Shown piece by piece: positions 17,791 to 26,299 of a DNA stretch of 64,000 bases. How positions within the stretch are numbered: position 1 is the stretch's first letter; every line of letters starts with the position of its first letter. This DNA comes from an uncultured Trueperaceae bacterium (lineage in GTDB: Bacteria; Deinococcota; Deinococci; Deinococcales; Trueperaceae), in assembly GCA_963799485.1 (NCBI GenBank), contig CAWCXJ010000012.1, positions 1 to 64,000 on the forward strand, read 5' to 3'. The position numbers and the translations under genes are program-made. The notes below the pieces were generated by a model that was not told the origin of the DNA, searched no databases, and saw only the letters and a program-made list of their open reading frames with translations.

Positions 17791-18664
17791 AGACCTCCTG
17801 CGAAAGTCAGGTTTGGAGCTGAGCGTTGATGAGCCCGGCGATGAGGCGAAAACGTAAGGAGAAGCGCTTGCGGCGGTTGCGGTAGGGGTCTTTGAGGATG
17901 TGCCAGATTTTCAGTGAGCGGATAGTGTGTTCGACGGTGACGCGGAAGCGGGCGAGCGAGCGGTTGTGGGCTTTGTCTTCAGGTTTAGGTTCAGCTCCGC
18001 GCGGTTTGCGGATAGGTAGACAGCGCTGCCGATGGTCTTTGGCATAACCTTGATAACCGCCGTCGGCGACGACCCAGACGTGGGCTTGCAGCTTGGGGTC
18101 AGCCGTTCTCAGGAGGGTGAGGTCGTTCGTTGACCCCGGGGCGTGGGCGGTGGCGAGAAGCTTGTGGCTTCTCGCGTCGAGGACGACCTGACTTTTCAAG
18201 GTATGGCACTTTTTCTTGCCGCTGTAGTAGCGCCGCTGGTTTTTTTGGGGCGTTCGGTGCGCGTCTCGGTGGCGTCGACCAAGACCACCACCCAGTCATG
18301 CTCGGCGACTTCACGGCGTTGGGGCAAGCTGAACTGACCCGAGCTGACCAGCGCGTCTTCAGTCTGCCTGATGATGCGACAGGCGGTTGCTTCATGTACC
18401 CCGTAACTCGCCGCAATATGAAACTGCGTCCGGTACTCTCGCCAATACATCAGCGTCAACAACACCTTGTCTTCAAGAGAAAGCTTGCCCGGGCGGCCTG
18501 ACTTCTTGTGCCTCTGCGCTTCTCGAAGCACCCCGATCATCTCCCCGAACACCACCGGTTTGACACCCGTCAGCCGTTTGAACGCTTTTGGACTTAAGTC
18601 TTTCACTGCTTCGTAACGCATCTGACCACCTTGCAACAGCTCGCCTTACTTCTGCAAGAGGTCT
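17791..18664 (-). mobile_element. IS5 family (ISL2/IS702-like) element with two ORFs joined at an A7 slippery run
   Basis: IRs AGACCTCCTGCGAAAGT and AGACCTCTTGCAGAAGT. ORFs 18196-18636 (FKRLTGV, LMYWREY) and 17807-18199 (ADGGYQG, VEHTIR, YRNRRKRF); the shifted frame gives YYSGKKKCHT. Confidence 0.9.
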
Positions 18665-18709
18665 AGTGTCTCAAACTTTTGTCCCCGTAGTGAGGGCACC
18701 TCTACAGAT

Positions 18710-18755
18710 TTGACAACCGACTTAACACAGGCGTATTGTAAAAGCGCTTTTACAA
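18710..18755 (+). promoter_or_regulatory. Promoter plus LacI-family operator
   Basis: TTGACA 18710-18715, TATTGT 18734-18739; perfect palindrome TTGTAAAAGCGCTTTTACAA 18736-18755. Confidence 0.85.
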
Positions 18756-18776
18756 CCTTGAACTGAAGGTGAGTAT

Positions 18777-19823
18777 GTGAGTCAGCCTAACTTGGGCCGG
18801 GTTACGATTGTCGACGTCGCCAAGCGTGCCGGCGTTTCTATAAGTACAGTTTCGCGCGTGATAAACGGCCTTGACCGGGTACACCCGCAGACGCGCGAAC
18901 GTGTTACGCGTGTAGTTCAAGCACTTAACTATCAGCCGAGCGCGTTTGCGCGCGGATTGGCTATCCAGCAGGCGAACACCATCGGTTTTGTTATTCCGAC
19001 GATCAGCGATCCGTTTTACCTGGATATCGTGCGTGGGGTTGAGGAGGGAGCCGCGGCAGAAGGCTACAGCTTGTTGGTCGTCAATCAGCTATCTAAAGCA
19101 GCTGACCAACGGGTATTCGAGCTGTTTACCCAAAAGCGCGTCGATGGCCTGGTGGTGGTCGGCGCAGCAGCACCACAAGAGATACTCGAGCAGCTCCGAG
19201 ACCAGGGCTTTCCGCTGGTGCTGCTGCAGCAGGCCGAACGAACGATTTCTGTAGACAACTACGGCGGAGCTACCCTTGTCACCGAACACCTTCTCGGCTT
19301 GGGCTGCCGGACGTTCGCCTACATCGCTGGCAGCGACGACACTCCGGATAATGCCGAACGCTTTCGCGGATTTCAGGACAGTTTGGCGCACGCGGGCGTC
19401 ACTTTTGATCCTCAGCTCTTTGCTCAAGGCGATTTCTTTCAGGGGAGCGGCTCGCGGGCCGCTACGGAACTTTTTGCCCGAAATATCCCCTTCGAGGCGA
19501 TCTTTGCCGCCAACGACCAGATGGCCATCGACGCTATTTTGACCCTGCGAGAACGCGGCTTACGCGTCCCTGAAGATGTAGCAGTCGTGGGTTTTGACGA
19601 TATTCCATTGGCACGCTACGTCGTGCCACCTTTGACCACAGTGCGGCAACCTGCCTACGAGTTGGGTTTTCAGGGGGTTCAGGCAGTTTTTGCCGTCCTA
19701 CGCGGCGAGCAGGTACCCGAGAGTGTGGTTCTGCCGGTTGAGCTGGTTGTCCGGGAGTCTTGCGGGGCAAAACTCCCAGCGGTACGAAAGGAGGCTGACC
19801 TGCAAGGAGCGATAAGCCTTTAG
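18777..19823 (+). CDS. LacI family transcriptional regulator
   Basis: TIVDVAKRAGVSISTVSRVIN, VPEDVAVVGFDD, PPLTTVRQP. Confidence 0.95.
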   Translation: MSQPNLGRVTIVDVAKRAGVSISTVSRVINGLDRVHPQTRERVTRVVQALNYQPSAFARGLAIQQANTIGFVIPTISDPFYLDIVRGVEEGAAAEGYSLLVVNQLSKAADQRVFELFTQKRVDGLVVVGAAAPQEILEQLRDQGFPLVLLQQAERTISVDNYGGATLVTEHLLGLGCRTFAYIAGSDDTPDNAERFRGFQDSLAHAGVTFDPQLFAQGDFFQGSGSRAATELFARNIPFEAIFAANDQMAIDAILTLRERGLRVPEDVAVVGFDDIPLARYVVPPLTTVRQPAYELGFQGVQAVFAVLRGEQVPESVVLPVELVVRESCGAKLPAVRKEADLQGAISL

Positions 19824-19880
19824 GCAATCTGTTTGAGCAATCTGTTAGCCACTCGCATGTATTTTTTAAGGGAGGCAGTG

Positions 19881-21134
19881 ATGAAGTTTAGAGCAGCCGT
19901 AGTGAGTTTCTTTCTAGCCGGGAGTACACTGGTTTCGGCGCAGCAGACGCTGACCGTATCGGTCGTCGCAGGTGCGATGCGCGACACCTTGACGCCGCTG
20001 GCGAGGCAGTTCGAGCAGGAAAACCCCGGGGTACGAGTCAACCTGGTGCCGGAGCCTGAAGGCGGGTCGTTTGAAGCCCTGATCGCAGCAGGCAATCAGC
20101 CCGACCTGCTTATCACCTCCTTTGGGGGACAGATCGGACGTTTGGCGTCGCAAGATGTCGTCGCACCCCTTGAGGACTTCGAAGGTGCCGAGGAGCTTTT
20201 GGGGCGGCTCGAGCCGAGCGCCGTCGAGGAACTTTACGGCCATACCTATTACATCCCCGTCGGGGCAGACGTGACGATGATGATCTACAACAGAGCGCTT
20301 TTTGAAGCCGCCGGTCTCGACCCTGAAAACCCACCTGAAACCTGGCAAGAATTTTTGGACGCTGCCGCCGCTATTTCTAAACTGCCCGATCAAGGCAACG
20401 GCAAGGTTTACGGCACGGTCTTCTGGAACGACGTGCTGGCGACCGGCGGCTGGTACTGGAACATGCTCCAGCCGATGTACCTAAACGCCAATCAGGACAA
20501 GTGCCAGCTCTTAAACCGCCTCGGTACCAGTGTGGACTTTGACAACCAAGAATGCGCTCTGGCGGACTTTTACGCCTTTAATCAAAAAGCCCAGCAGTAC
20601 GCCCCCCCGACGATGGAACCGGGTTTTTTCAGCCGCCGCATCGGGATGTGGCCGCAGTACGGCTACTCGTGGGAACCCAACTTGCGTGAGGCTGCCGGGC
20701 AACCGATGGTCATCGGTGAAGATGTCGGCGTCGCGCCCGTACCGGTACCCGAAGCGGGCGACACTTCATACAGCACCTATGGAGGCCGTGGGCTGGTCAT
20801 TCTCAGAACCACGCCTGAACGGGAGGCGTTAGCCTGGCGCTTTATCGAGTTTTTAATGCAAGACGAGATCAACCTGACATTCATCAAAGAGCTGGGCTAC
20901 TTGCCCGTGCTGAGCAGCCTTAAAGACGACCCGTATTTTCAAGACCCGGCCCGTGCGCCGTTTGTGACCGCACTCGAGACCGCTGTGTTACCCGAGATGA
21001 CCGGCAGCGCCGAAAAGGTGGCGAACGCGGTCGAAACGGTCTATCAGCAGGTGGCGGTAGCGGGCAACATGTCGCCGGAAGAAGGCGTCAAGGAGGCGGT
21101 CAAAGAAGCGGACGCCGCGCTCGAGGGGCAGTAG
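19881..21134 (+). CDS. Sugar ABC transporter substrate-binding protein
   Basis: Signal peptide, FEQENPGVRV, MIYNRALFEAAGLDP..PETWQEF; start chosen after the GGAGG SD. Confidence 0.9.
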   Translation: MKFRAAVVSFFLAGSTLVSAQQTLTVSVVAGAMRDTLTPLARQFEQENPGVRVNLVPEPEGGSFEALIAAGNQPDLLITSFGGQIGRLASQDVVAPLEDFEGAEELLGRLEPSAVEELYGHTYYIPVGADVTMMIYNRALFEAAGLDPENPPETWQEFLDAAAAISKLPDQGNGKVYGTVFWNDVLATGGWYWNMLQPMYLNANQDKCQLLNRLGTSVDFDNQECALADFYAFNQKAQQYAPPTMEPGFFSRRIGMWPQYGYSWEPNLREAAGQPMVIGEDVGVAPVPVPEAGDTSYSTYGGRGLVILRTTPEREALAWRFIEFLMQDEINLTFIKELGYLPVLSSLKDDPYFQDPARAPFVTALETAVLPEMTGSAEKVANAVETVYQQVAVAGNMSPEEGVKEAVKEADAALEGQ

Positions 21135-21144
21135 CAGGCGTCGA

Positions 21145-21187
21145 GCACACGGGGGCACGTTATTCCGGCAGCGTGCTCCCTGTGTGC
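21145..21187 (+). other. Intercistronic stem-loop after the SBP gene
   Basis: GCACACGGGGGCACG...CGTGCTCCCTGTGTGC with no U-tract. Confidence 0.55.
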
Positions 21188-21224
21188 GCCGTAAGTCCAA
21201 GCTGTAAGTTCAAGGGGGAAATCT

Positions 21225-22160
21225 ATGGCTGACGTGTCCGTCTCTGCTGCGCCGCGACAACGGGGCGTACCCACGCTCTTTCGGCAGATGCAAAAGCACA
21301 AGTGGGGTTATATCTTCGTTGCCCCGTGGGTCATGCTTTTTGTGGTATTCGGCATCTACCCGCTGGCACTGTCGTTTTACCTGACGTTTTTTGACTTTTC
21401 CTTTACCAACCCCGAACGGCTCAGGTTCGTCGGTATCGGCAGCTGGGTGCGCGGCGTGACCGACCCGCTCTTCTGGTTGGCGCTCTGGAACATCGTCTAT
21501 AACCAGACTATCTTTATCGTGCTTAAAAACGGTCTCGGTCTCGTGACGGCGCTCCTGCTCTACCGCGTGACGTTTATGGGACGGTTTTTTCGTACCGTTT
21601 ACTTTATGCCGGTGGTTACGTCGGTCATCGTGTTGATGACGATTGGCAACTACCTGGTTAATCCCGGCGGGCCGATCCAGACTTTTTTGGTGGGGAGCGG
21701 GCTCTTAGACACCCCGATCAACTGGCGCTTTACCACCTGGCTCCCGATGCCGATCATCGCGCTGATCAACACCTGGAAGTGGTTCGGCATCAGCACGGTC
21801 ATCTTGCTCGCGGGCCTCTACTCCATCGACAAGCAGCTCTACGACGCGGCCTCTATCGACGGGGCGAACGGCTGGCAGAAGTTTCGCTTTATCACCTGGT
21901 CGCAGCTCAACCCGCAGCTCTTTTTTCTGCTGATCATCGACCTGATTTCGGGCTTGCAGATGTTTACCGAGGTTTACGCCACCTTCGACGTGATGGGCGG
22001 GCAAAACAACCAGGCGCTGACGCCGGTCTTGTATCTTTACGCGCAAGCATTCGACCGCTCGAACATCGGTTACGCCTCGGTACTCGGGCTTATGCTCGCC
22101 GGAATTATCGCCATCGGTACCTGGGCGCAGTTCCGCTATGTTCAGCAAGATGTCTCTTAG
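21225..22160 (+). CDS. Carbohydrate ABC permease (MalF type)
   Basis: LYDAASIDGANGWQKFRFIT EAA loop. Confidence 0.93.
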   Translation: MADVSVSAAPRQRGVPTLFRQMQKHKWGYIFVAPWVMLFVVFGIYPLALSFYLTFFDFSFTNPERLRFVGIGSWVRGVTDPLFWLALWNIVYNQTIFIVLKNGLGLVTALLLYRVTFMGRFFRTVYFMPVVTSVIVLMTIGNYLVNPGGPIQTFLVGSGLLDTPINWRFTTWLPMPIIALINTWKWFGISTVILLAGLYSIDKQLYDAASIDGANGWQKFRFITWSQLNPQLFFLLIIDLISGLQMFTEVYATFDVMGGQNNQALTPVLYLYAQAFDRSNIGYASVLGLMLAGIIAIGTWAQFRYVQQDVS

Positions 22161-22169
22161 GGGGCCGTT

Positions 22170-22994
22170 ATGCTAAAACGCTTTTCACCGGGTCAGTTCG
22201 GCGTCTATCTGCTGCTGAGCGTGGGCGCGGTGTTCGTCCTCTACCCGTTTTTTTATATGGTGATGAATTCGGTGAAACCGGGGCCGGAAATCCTCAACCA
22301 GCCGACGCAGCTGCCGAGCCGCGTCACCTTTTCAGGCTACCTCGATGTGTTTCGGCAGCTAAATATGCTAAGGCTCTTTGGCAACTCGCTGCTTATCTCA
22401 GGGTCGGTTACGCTCTTAAATACCGGCCTGAGCGCACTTGCCGCCTACGCCGTCGCCAAGATTCCCTTTCCCGGACGCGACCGGTTGTTCGCTTTTATGC
22501 TCAGCACGATGATGATTCCGAGCGTGCTGTTTTTGATTCCGACGTATGTGATCATCTACAACCTGGGCTGGGTGGGGCAGTACCACGCGCTGATCATCCC
22601 TTCGGCGGTTACGGTCTACAACATCTTTTTGATCCGGCAGTTTATGGTGGCTATCCCGGACGAGTTGCTCGAGGCCGGACGCCTGGACGGAGCGGGCGAA
22701 CTCACGCTTTTCCGGCGCATCATGCTGCCGATGTCGCGGCCTGCGCTGGCGACGGTGGCGATTCTCACCTTTATCGGCTCGTGGAACGATTTTTTAGGGC
22801 CGCTCTTGTATCTCAACCGACCCGAAACCTGGACGGTGCAGTTGGGGCTTCAGCAGTTCCAGTCTTCGGTTCCCGGCGAAAACGCCCAGCAGATTTGGGC
22901 CGCCACGACGCTCATCACCGTGCCGCTCGTCGTCGTTTACTTTTTCCTCCAAGACCAGTTCATGCAGGCGTTCGCCAACGTCTCGCTTAAATAG
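22170..22994 (+). CDS. Carbohydrate ABC permease (MalG type)
   Basis: IPDELLEAGRLDGAG, SWNDFLGPL. Confidence 0.93.
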   Translation: MLKRFSPGQFGVYLLLSVGAVFVLYPFFYMVMNSVKPGPEILNQPTQLPSRVTFSGYLDVFRQLNMLRLFGNSLLISGSVTLLNTGLSALAAYAVAKIPFPGRDRLFAFMLSTMMIPSVLFLIPTYVIIYNLGWVGQYHALIIPSAVTVYNIFLIRQFMVAIPDELLEAGRLDGAGELTLFRRIMLPMSRPALATVAILTFIGSWNDFLGPLLYLNRPETWTVQLGLQQFQSSVPGENAQQIWAATTLITVPLVVVYFFLQDQFMQAFANVSLK

Positions 22995-22996
22995 CC

Positions 22997-23587
22997 GTGA
23001 GTCAGACTGCCACGGCACTTCCCAACGAACTCGCCGCTGTCGCCGAAACGCCTCGCCGCCGCTTTCGCTGGCTTTATGTGCTGCTCGGTATCCTGCTGCT
23101 CACCGCCGGAACCTACGCGTTTGCCTGGTACCGCGCCTACCGCCTCACGATGAGGTTTATGGACAACGCTGCCGAAAGTTTTCAGGCAGAAGACTATCTA
23201 AACGCGCTGACCGGCTATGACGAATTCGACGAAGCGCAAAACCGCTACGTCTACCGGGGCGGTTACGGTCAGGTCGCGCTCATCTGGGCCGACCCTTACG
23301 CCTGGCCGCGTCCGGCGGCGCTCGCCGAAGCGCGCACCCGTACCGACGAGATTATAGGCGAGCGCCTGACGATAGACGACGCGGAAGCCTTTATCGAAGA
23401 AAATGCGGGACAGGGCAGCCCCTATTTGGGGCGTATTTACCTCCGCACCGGTGAACTGTATGAAAAAGCAGGTGACACCAGAGACGCCGCCGACGTTTAC
23501 GAAGAGATCGCCGACCTGTTCCCCAACGACGCGGCGCTTAACGAGCGGGCAAGGGCGAATTTAGAGAGGCTCGAGGCCGCAGAGTAG
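22997..23587 (+). CDS. Single-TM protein with TPR-like C-terminus
   Basis: One TM (WLYVLLGILLLTAGTYAFAW) and helical IYLRTGELYEKAGDTRDAADVYEEI. Confidence 0.7.
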   Translation: MSQTATALPNELAAVAETPRRRFRWLYVLLGILLLTAGTYAFAWYRAYRLTMRFMDNAAESFQAEDYLNALTGYDEFDEAQNRYVYRGGYGQVALIWADPYAWPRPAALAEARTRTDEIIGERLTIDDAEAFIEENAGQGSPYLGRIYLRTGELYEKAGDTRDAADVYEEIADLFPNDAALNERARANLERLEAAE

Positions 23588-23661
23588 CTCAGAGAGGAGG
23601 CTCTATTCTTAACGCACCGTTGCAACCAGTTTCTCGCCCATCTCTTTGAAAGGAGCCAAGG

Positions 23662-26217
23662 ATGAACCGACAAACACCGTTTCTGCTCTCTGGTCTACTC
23701 AGTTTATTCGCCCTGACAGCCTGCGGAACGGGCGCACTTACCCCGCAACAGCAGGGAGAGAGCCCCTGGGGAGCGTGGCAGGACAAAGATATCGCCGCCC
23801 TCTCGAACGACAACACCGGCGCGACCTTTGCGCTCGACAGCGCCGTAACGACGCCCGCAGGCAATTCCAGCGTGCGGGTTACGCCCAGCGGTGACGCGGC
23901 TGAAACCAAAGTCGCGTTTACCGCGCCGGGTACAGCCTTTACCTCTTGGAACACCCGTGAAGCGGTTGAACTCGAGGTCTATAGCCCGCCCGACAACAGC
24001 TTGCCCCCCACCGACTTCTTTCTCGGCGTCGCCGATACGAGCGGGGGCGGCTTCGCCTGGTTGGGTGGGCTTTTTAGCGAAACCGAGGTCGTAAGCGGGT
24101 GGAACCGGGTGCGGATCGCCCTCCCTGCCGAGCTGCGCGACTTCAAAGAGGGCAGCACCTACACCATGTACTTTTCCTCGATGGCAAAAAATGACGCGCG
24201 GGCCAATGTTCCGTTGACCGAACCGTTTAACTTGGGCGACGCCTACCTCGTCGGCGAGGCGGAGCCCGGTACGCCGGAGGCCAACAAAGAACCCGATCCG
24301 GCGGTGGACGCCGAGGTAGACAGACTACTGACGCTAGGGAACGACGCGCTGTTAGAAGAAGTCTCCAAGCGCACTTTCGACTACTTCTGGGAACAGGCCA
24401 ACCCCGAAACCGGCCTCGTCAAAGACCGCAGCACCGAAGATTCGCCCTCGAGCATCGCTGCTGTCGGCTTCGGCCTCTCGGCAATTCCCATCGCCGTCGA
24501 GCGCGGCTGGATTACCCGTAACGAGGGCTACGAAAGGACGCTGACCACCCTCGAAACTTTTGCCGATGGAGGCGTCGAGGGCAAGCGCGGCTTTTACTAC
24601 CACTTCGTCGATATGGCGACCGGACGCCGCGCCTATGGCAGTGAACTCTCGTCTATCGACACCGCGCTCTTTATCGCGGGGGCGCTCACAGCAGGCGAGT
24701 ACTTCGGCAAGACCGAGGTGAGCCGCCTCGCTGACAGGCTCTACCGCGAGGTGGACTGGAGGTGGATGCAAGGCGGTGACGATGGCCTGCTGCGGATGGG
24801 TTGGTCGCCTGAAGGCGGCTTTTTAGACGCCCGCTGGGGTGCCGGGTTCGATGAAGGCTTGATTCTTTACGTTCTTGCCATCGGCGCACCCAAGCACCGC
24901 GTTCCGGCATCGTTGTGGGACGAGATCGCTCGTCCGGTGCGCAAAGATTTTCAAGGTCGTGACTACATCTACATCGCCGCCGAACCGCTTTTTATCTACC
25001 AGTATCCGCTGGCTTGGTTAGACCTGCGCGGTAAGGAGGACTTTTACGCCAACTACCCGAACAACACGGCGATAGCCTGTGAGCGCAACGCCGACTTCAG
25101 CGCAGCTCGAGCCTCAACGTATGCGACTTATCAAAACGGCGTCTGGGGTCTGAGCGCCTCGGACGGGCCGACGGGCTACAAAGCCTACGGCGCAGCCGAG
25201 GGCAATCACGACGGGACGGTCGCGCCGTACGCGTCTATTTCTTGTCTACCGTTTACCGAAGACTTGGCTTGGGGGTCGCTGCGGGCGATGCTCAGCGAGT
25301 ACAAGTCGCTCGTCTGGGGCGACTACGGCTTTGTCAGCGCCATCAACGAGGATAAACGCTGGTACTCGTACGACTACATCGGGATTGATCAGGGCGACAT
25401 CTTGCTCAACATTGAAAACTACCGCACGGGTGAGGTCTGGAATTTGTTTAGGCAGAACAAAAATATTCGGAAGGCGCTTAAACGTATCGGTTTTGAAGCG
25501 CGCACCGCCGACTACGCCGTAACCCCGGCCTACCTGGAGGAGGTGCGAGGGCGCGAAACCGCAGCGCAACCCGTCAGTGGATCGGCGGCGACGACAGCCG
25601 TGACCGTTGACGGTCAGCTCGCCGACTGGGAAGGGGCGACTTGGTACACCGTGGACGAGAGCATGAACATCCCCGTCGGGGGCATGACCGAAGTCGATCC
25701 GGCCACACAGACGCTGCACAGCCGCTTCGCCATCCGTTACGACGCCGAAAACCTCTACCTCGCCGCCGACGTAGCCGACGATACGGTGGTCAGCAACATC
25801 GCGCCGGACGACCTGCAAAACTTTTATCGTACCGACTCGGTGGAGTTTTACCTCGACCCGAAGAACGACACGGGTCTCTTCAAACTGTCCGTGTTGCCGT
25901 TTGACACCGAAGGAAATGTGCAGGCGGTGCGCCACGAGGACGCAGAGCCCGGCCCGATTGCGAGCACCGCACCGGGGGCTCAGGTAGCCTCGAGCCGCAC
26001 CGAAGCGGACTACATCGTCGAGGTAAGCCTGCCGCTCACCCTTTTGGGAATAACCGGACAAGCGGGCACCGAGCTGGGTTTTTCACACGTCGTTCATAAC
26101 GCCAACGACCCGAACGCGGCGGTCGGGGCCAGCGTGCGTGAAAACATCATCGGCTGGAACCCACTGCCGGACGTCTGGATTACACCCGAGCGCTGGAGCG
26201 TGTTGACGCTCGAGTAA
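23662..26217 (+). CDS. Lipoprotein GH144-like (glycoamylase-domain) beta-1,2-glucanase with C-terminal CBM9-like domain
   Basis: Lipobox LTAC; SSIAAVGFGL, GFYYHFVD, ELSSIDTA, WGLSASDGP, DGTVAPYA, IGIDQG; tail VDGQLADW..YDAENLYLA..DSVEFYLD. Confidence 0.75.
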   Translation: MNRQTPFLLSGLLSLFALTACGTGALTPQQQGESPWGAWQDKDIAALSNDNTGATFALDSAVTTPAGNSSVRVTPSGDAAETKVAFTAPGTAFTSWNTREAVELEVYSPPDNSLPPTDFFLGVADTSGGGFAWLGGLFSETEVVSGWNRVRIALPAELRDFKEGSTYTMYFSSMAKNDARANVPLTEPFNLGDAYLVGEAEPGTPEANKEPDPAVDAEVDRLLTLGNDALLEEVSKRTFDYFWEQANPETGLVKDRSTEDSPSSIAAVGFGLSAIPIAVERGWITRNEGYERTLTTLETFADGGVEGKRGFYYHFVDMATGRRAYGSELSSIDTALFIAGALTAGEYFGKTEVSRLADRLYREVDWRWMQGGDDGLLRMGWSPEGGFLDARWGAGFDEGLILYVLAIGAPKHRVPASLWDEIARPVRKDFQGRDYIYIAAEPLFIYQYPLAWLDLRGKEDFYANYPNNTAIACERNADFSAARASTYATYQNGVWGLSASDGPTGYKAYGAAEGNHDGTVAPYASISCLPFTEDLAWGSLRAMLSEYKSLVWGDYGFVSAINEDKRWYSYDYIGIDQGDILLNIENYRTGEVWNLFRQNKNIRKALKRIGFEARTADYAVTPAYLEEVRGRETAAQPVSGSAATTAVTVDGQLADWEGATWYTVDESMNIPVGGMTEVDPATQTLHSRFAIRYDAENLYLAADVADDTVVSNIAPDDLQNFYRTDSVEFYLDPKNDTGLFKLSVLPFDTEGNVQAVRHEDAEPGPIASTAPGAQVASSRTEADYIVEVSLPLTLLGITGQAGTELGFSHVVHNANDPNAAVGASVRENIIGWNPLPDVWITPERWSVLTLE

Positions 26218-26299
26218 ACACAGGGTCATCACCGTTGGGGTCGAGGTTTTTCAGCTTGGCCCCACAACCTTCCGTCGTATTGCCCTAAGGAATAACGCC

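Noticed and set aside
21779..22990. 403-aa alternative-frame ORF, and similar long shadow ORFs such as 35421-36359, 25246-26061 and 10302-11066
   Set aside because: They overlap well-supported genes, are Arg/Ala/Gly-rich with no motifs, and are typical of high-GC shadows.
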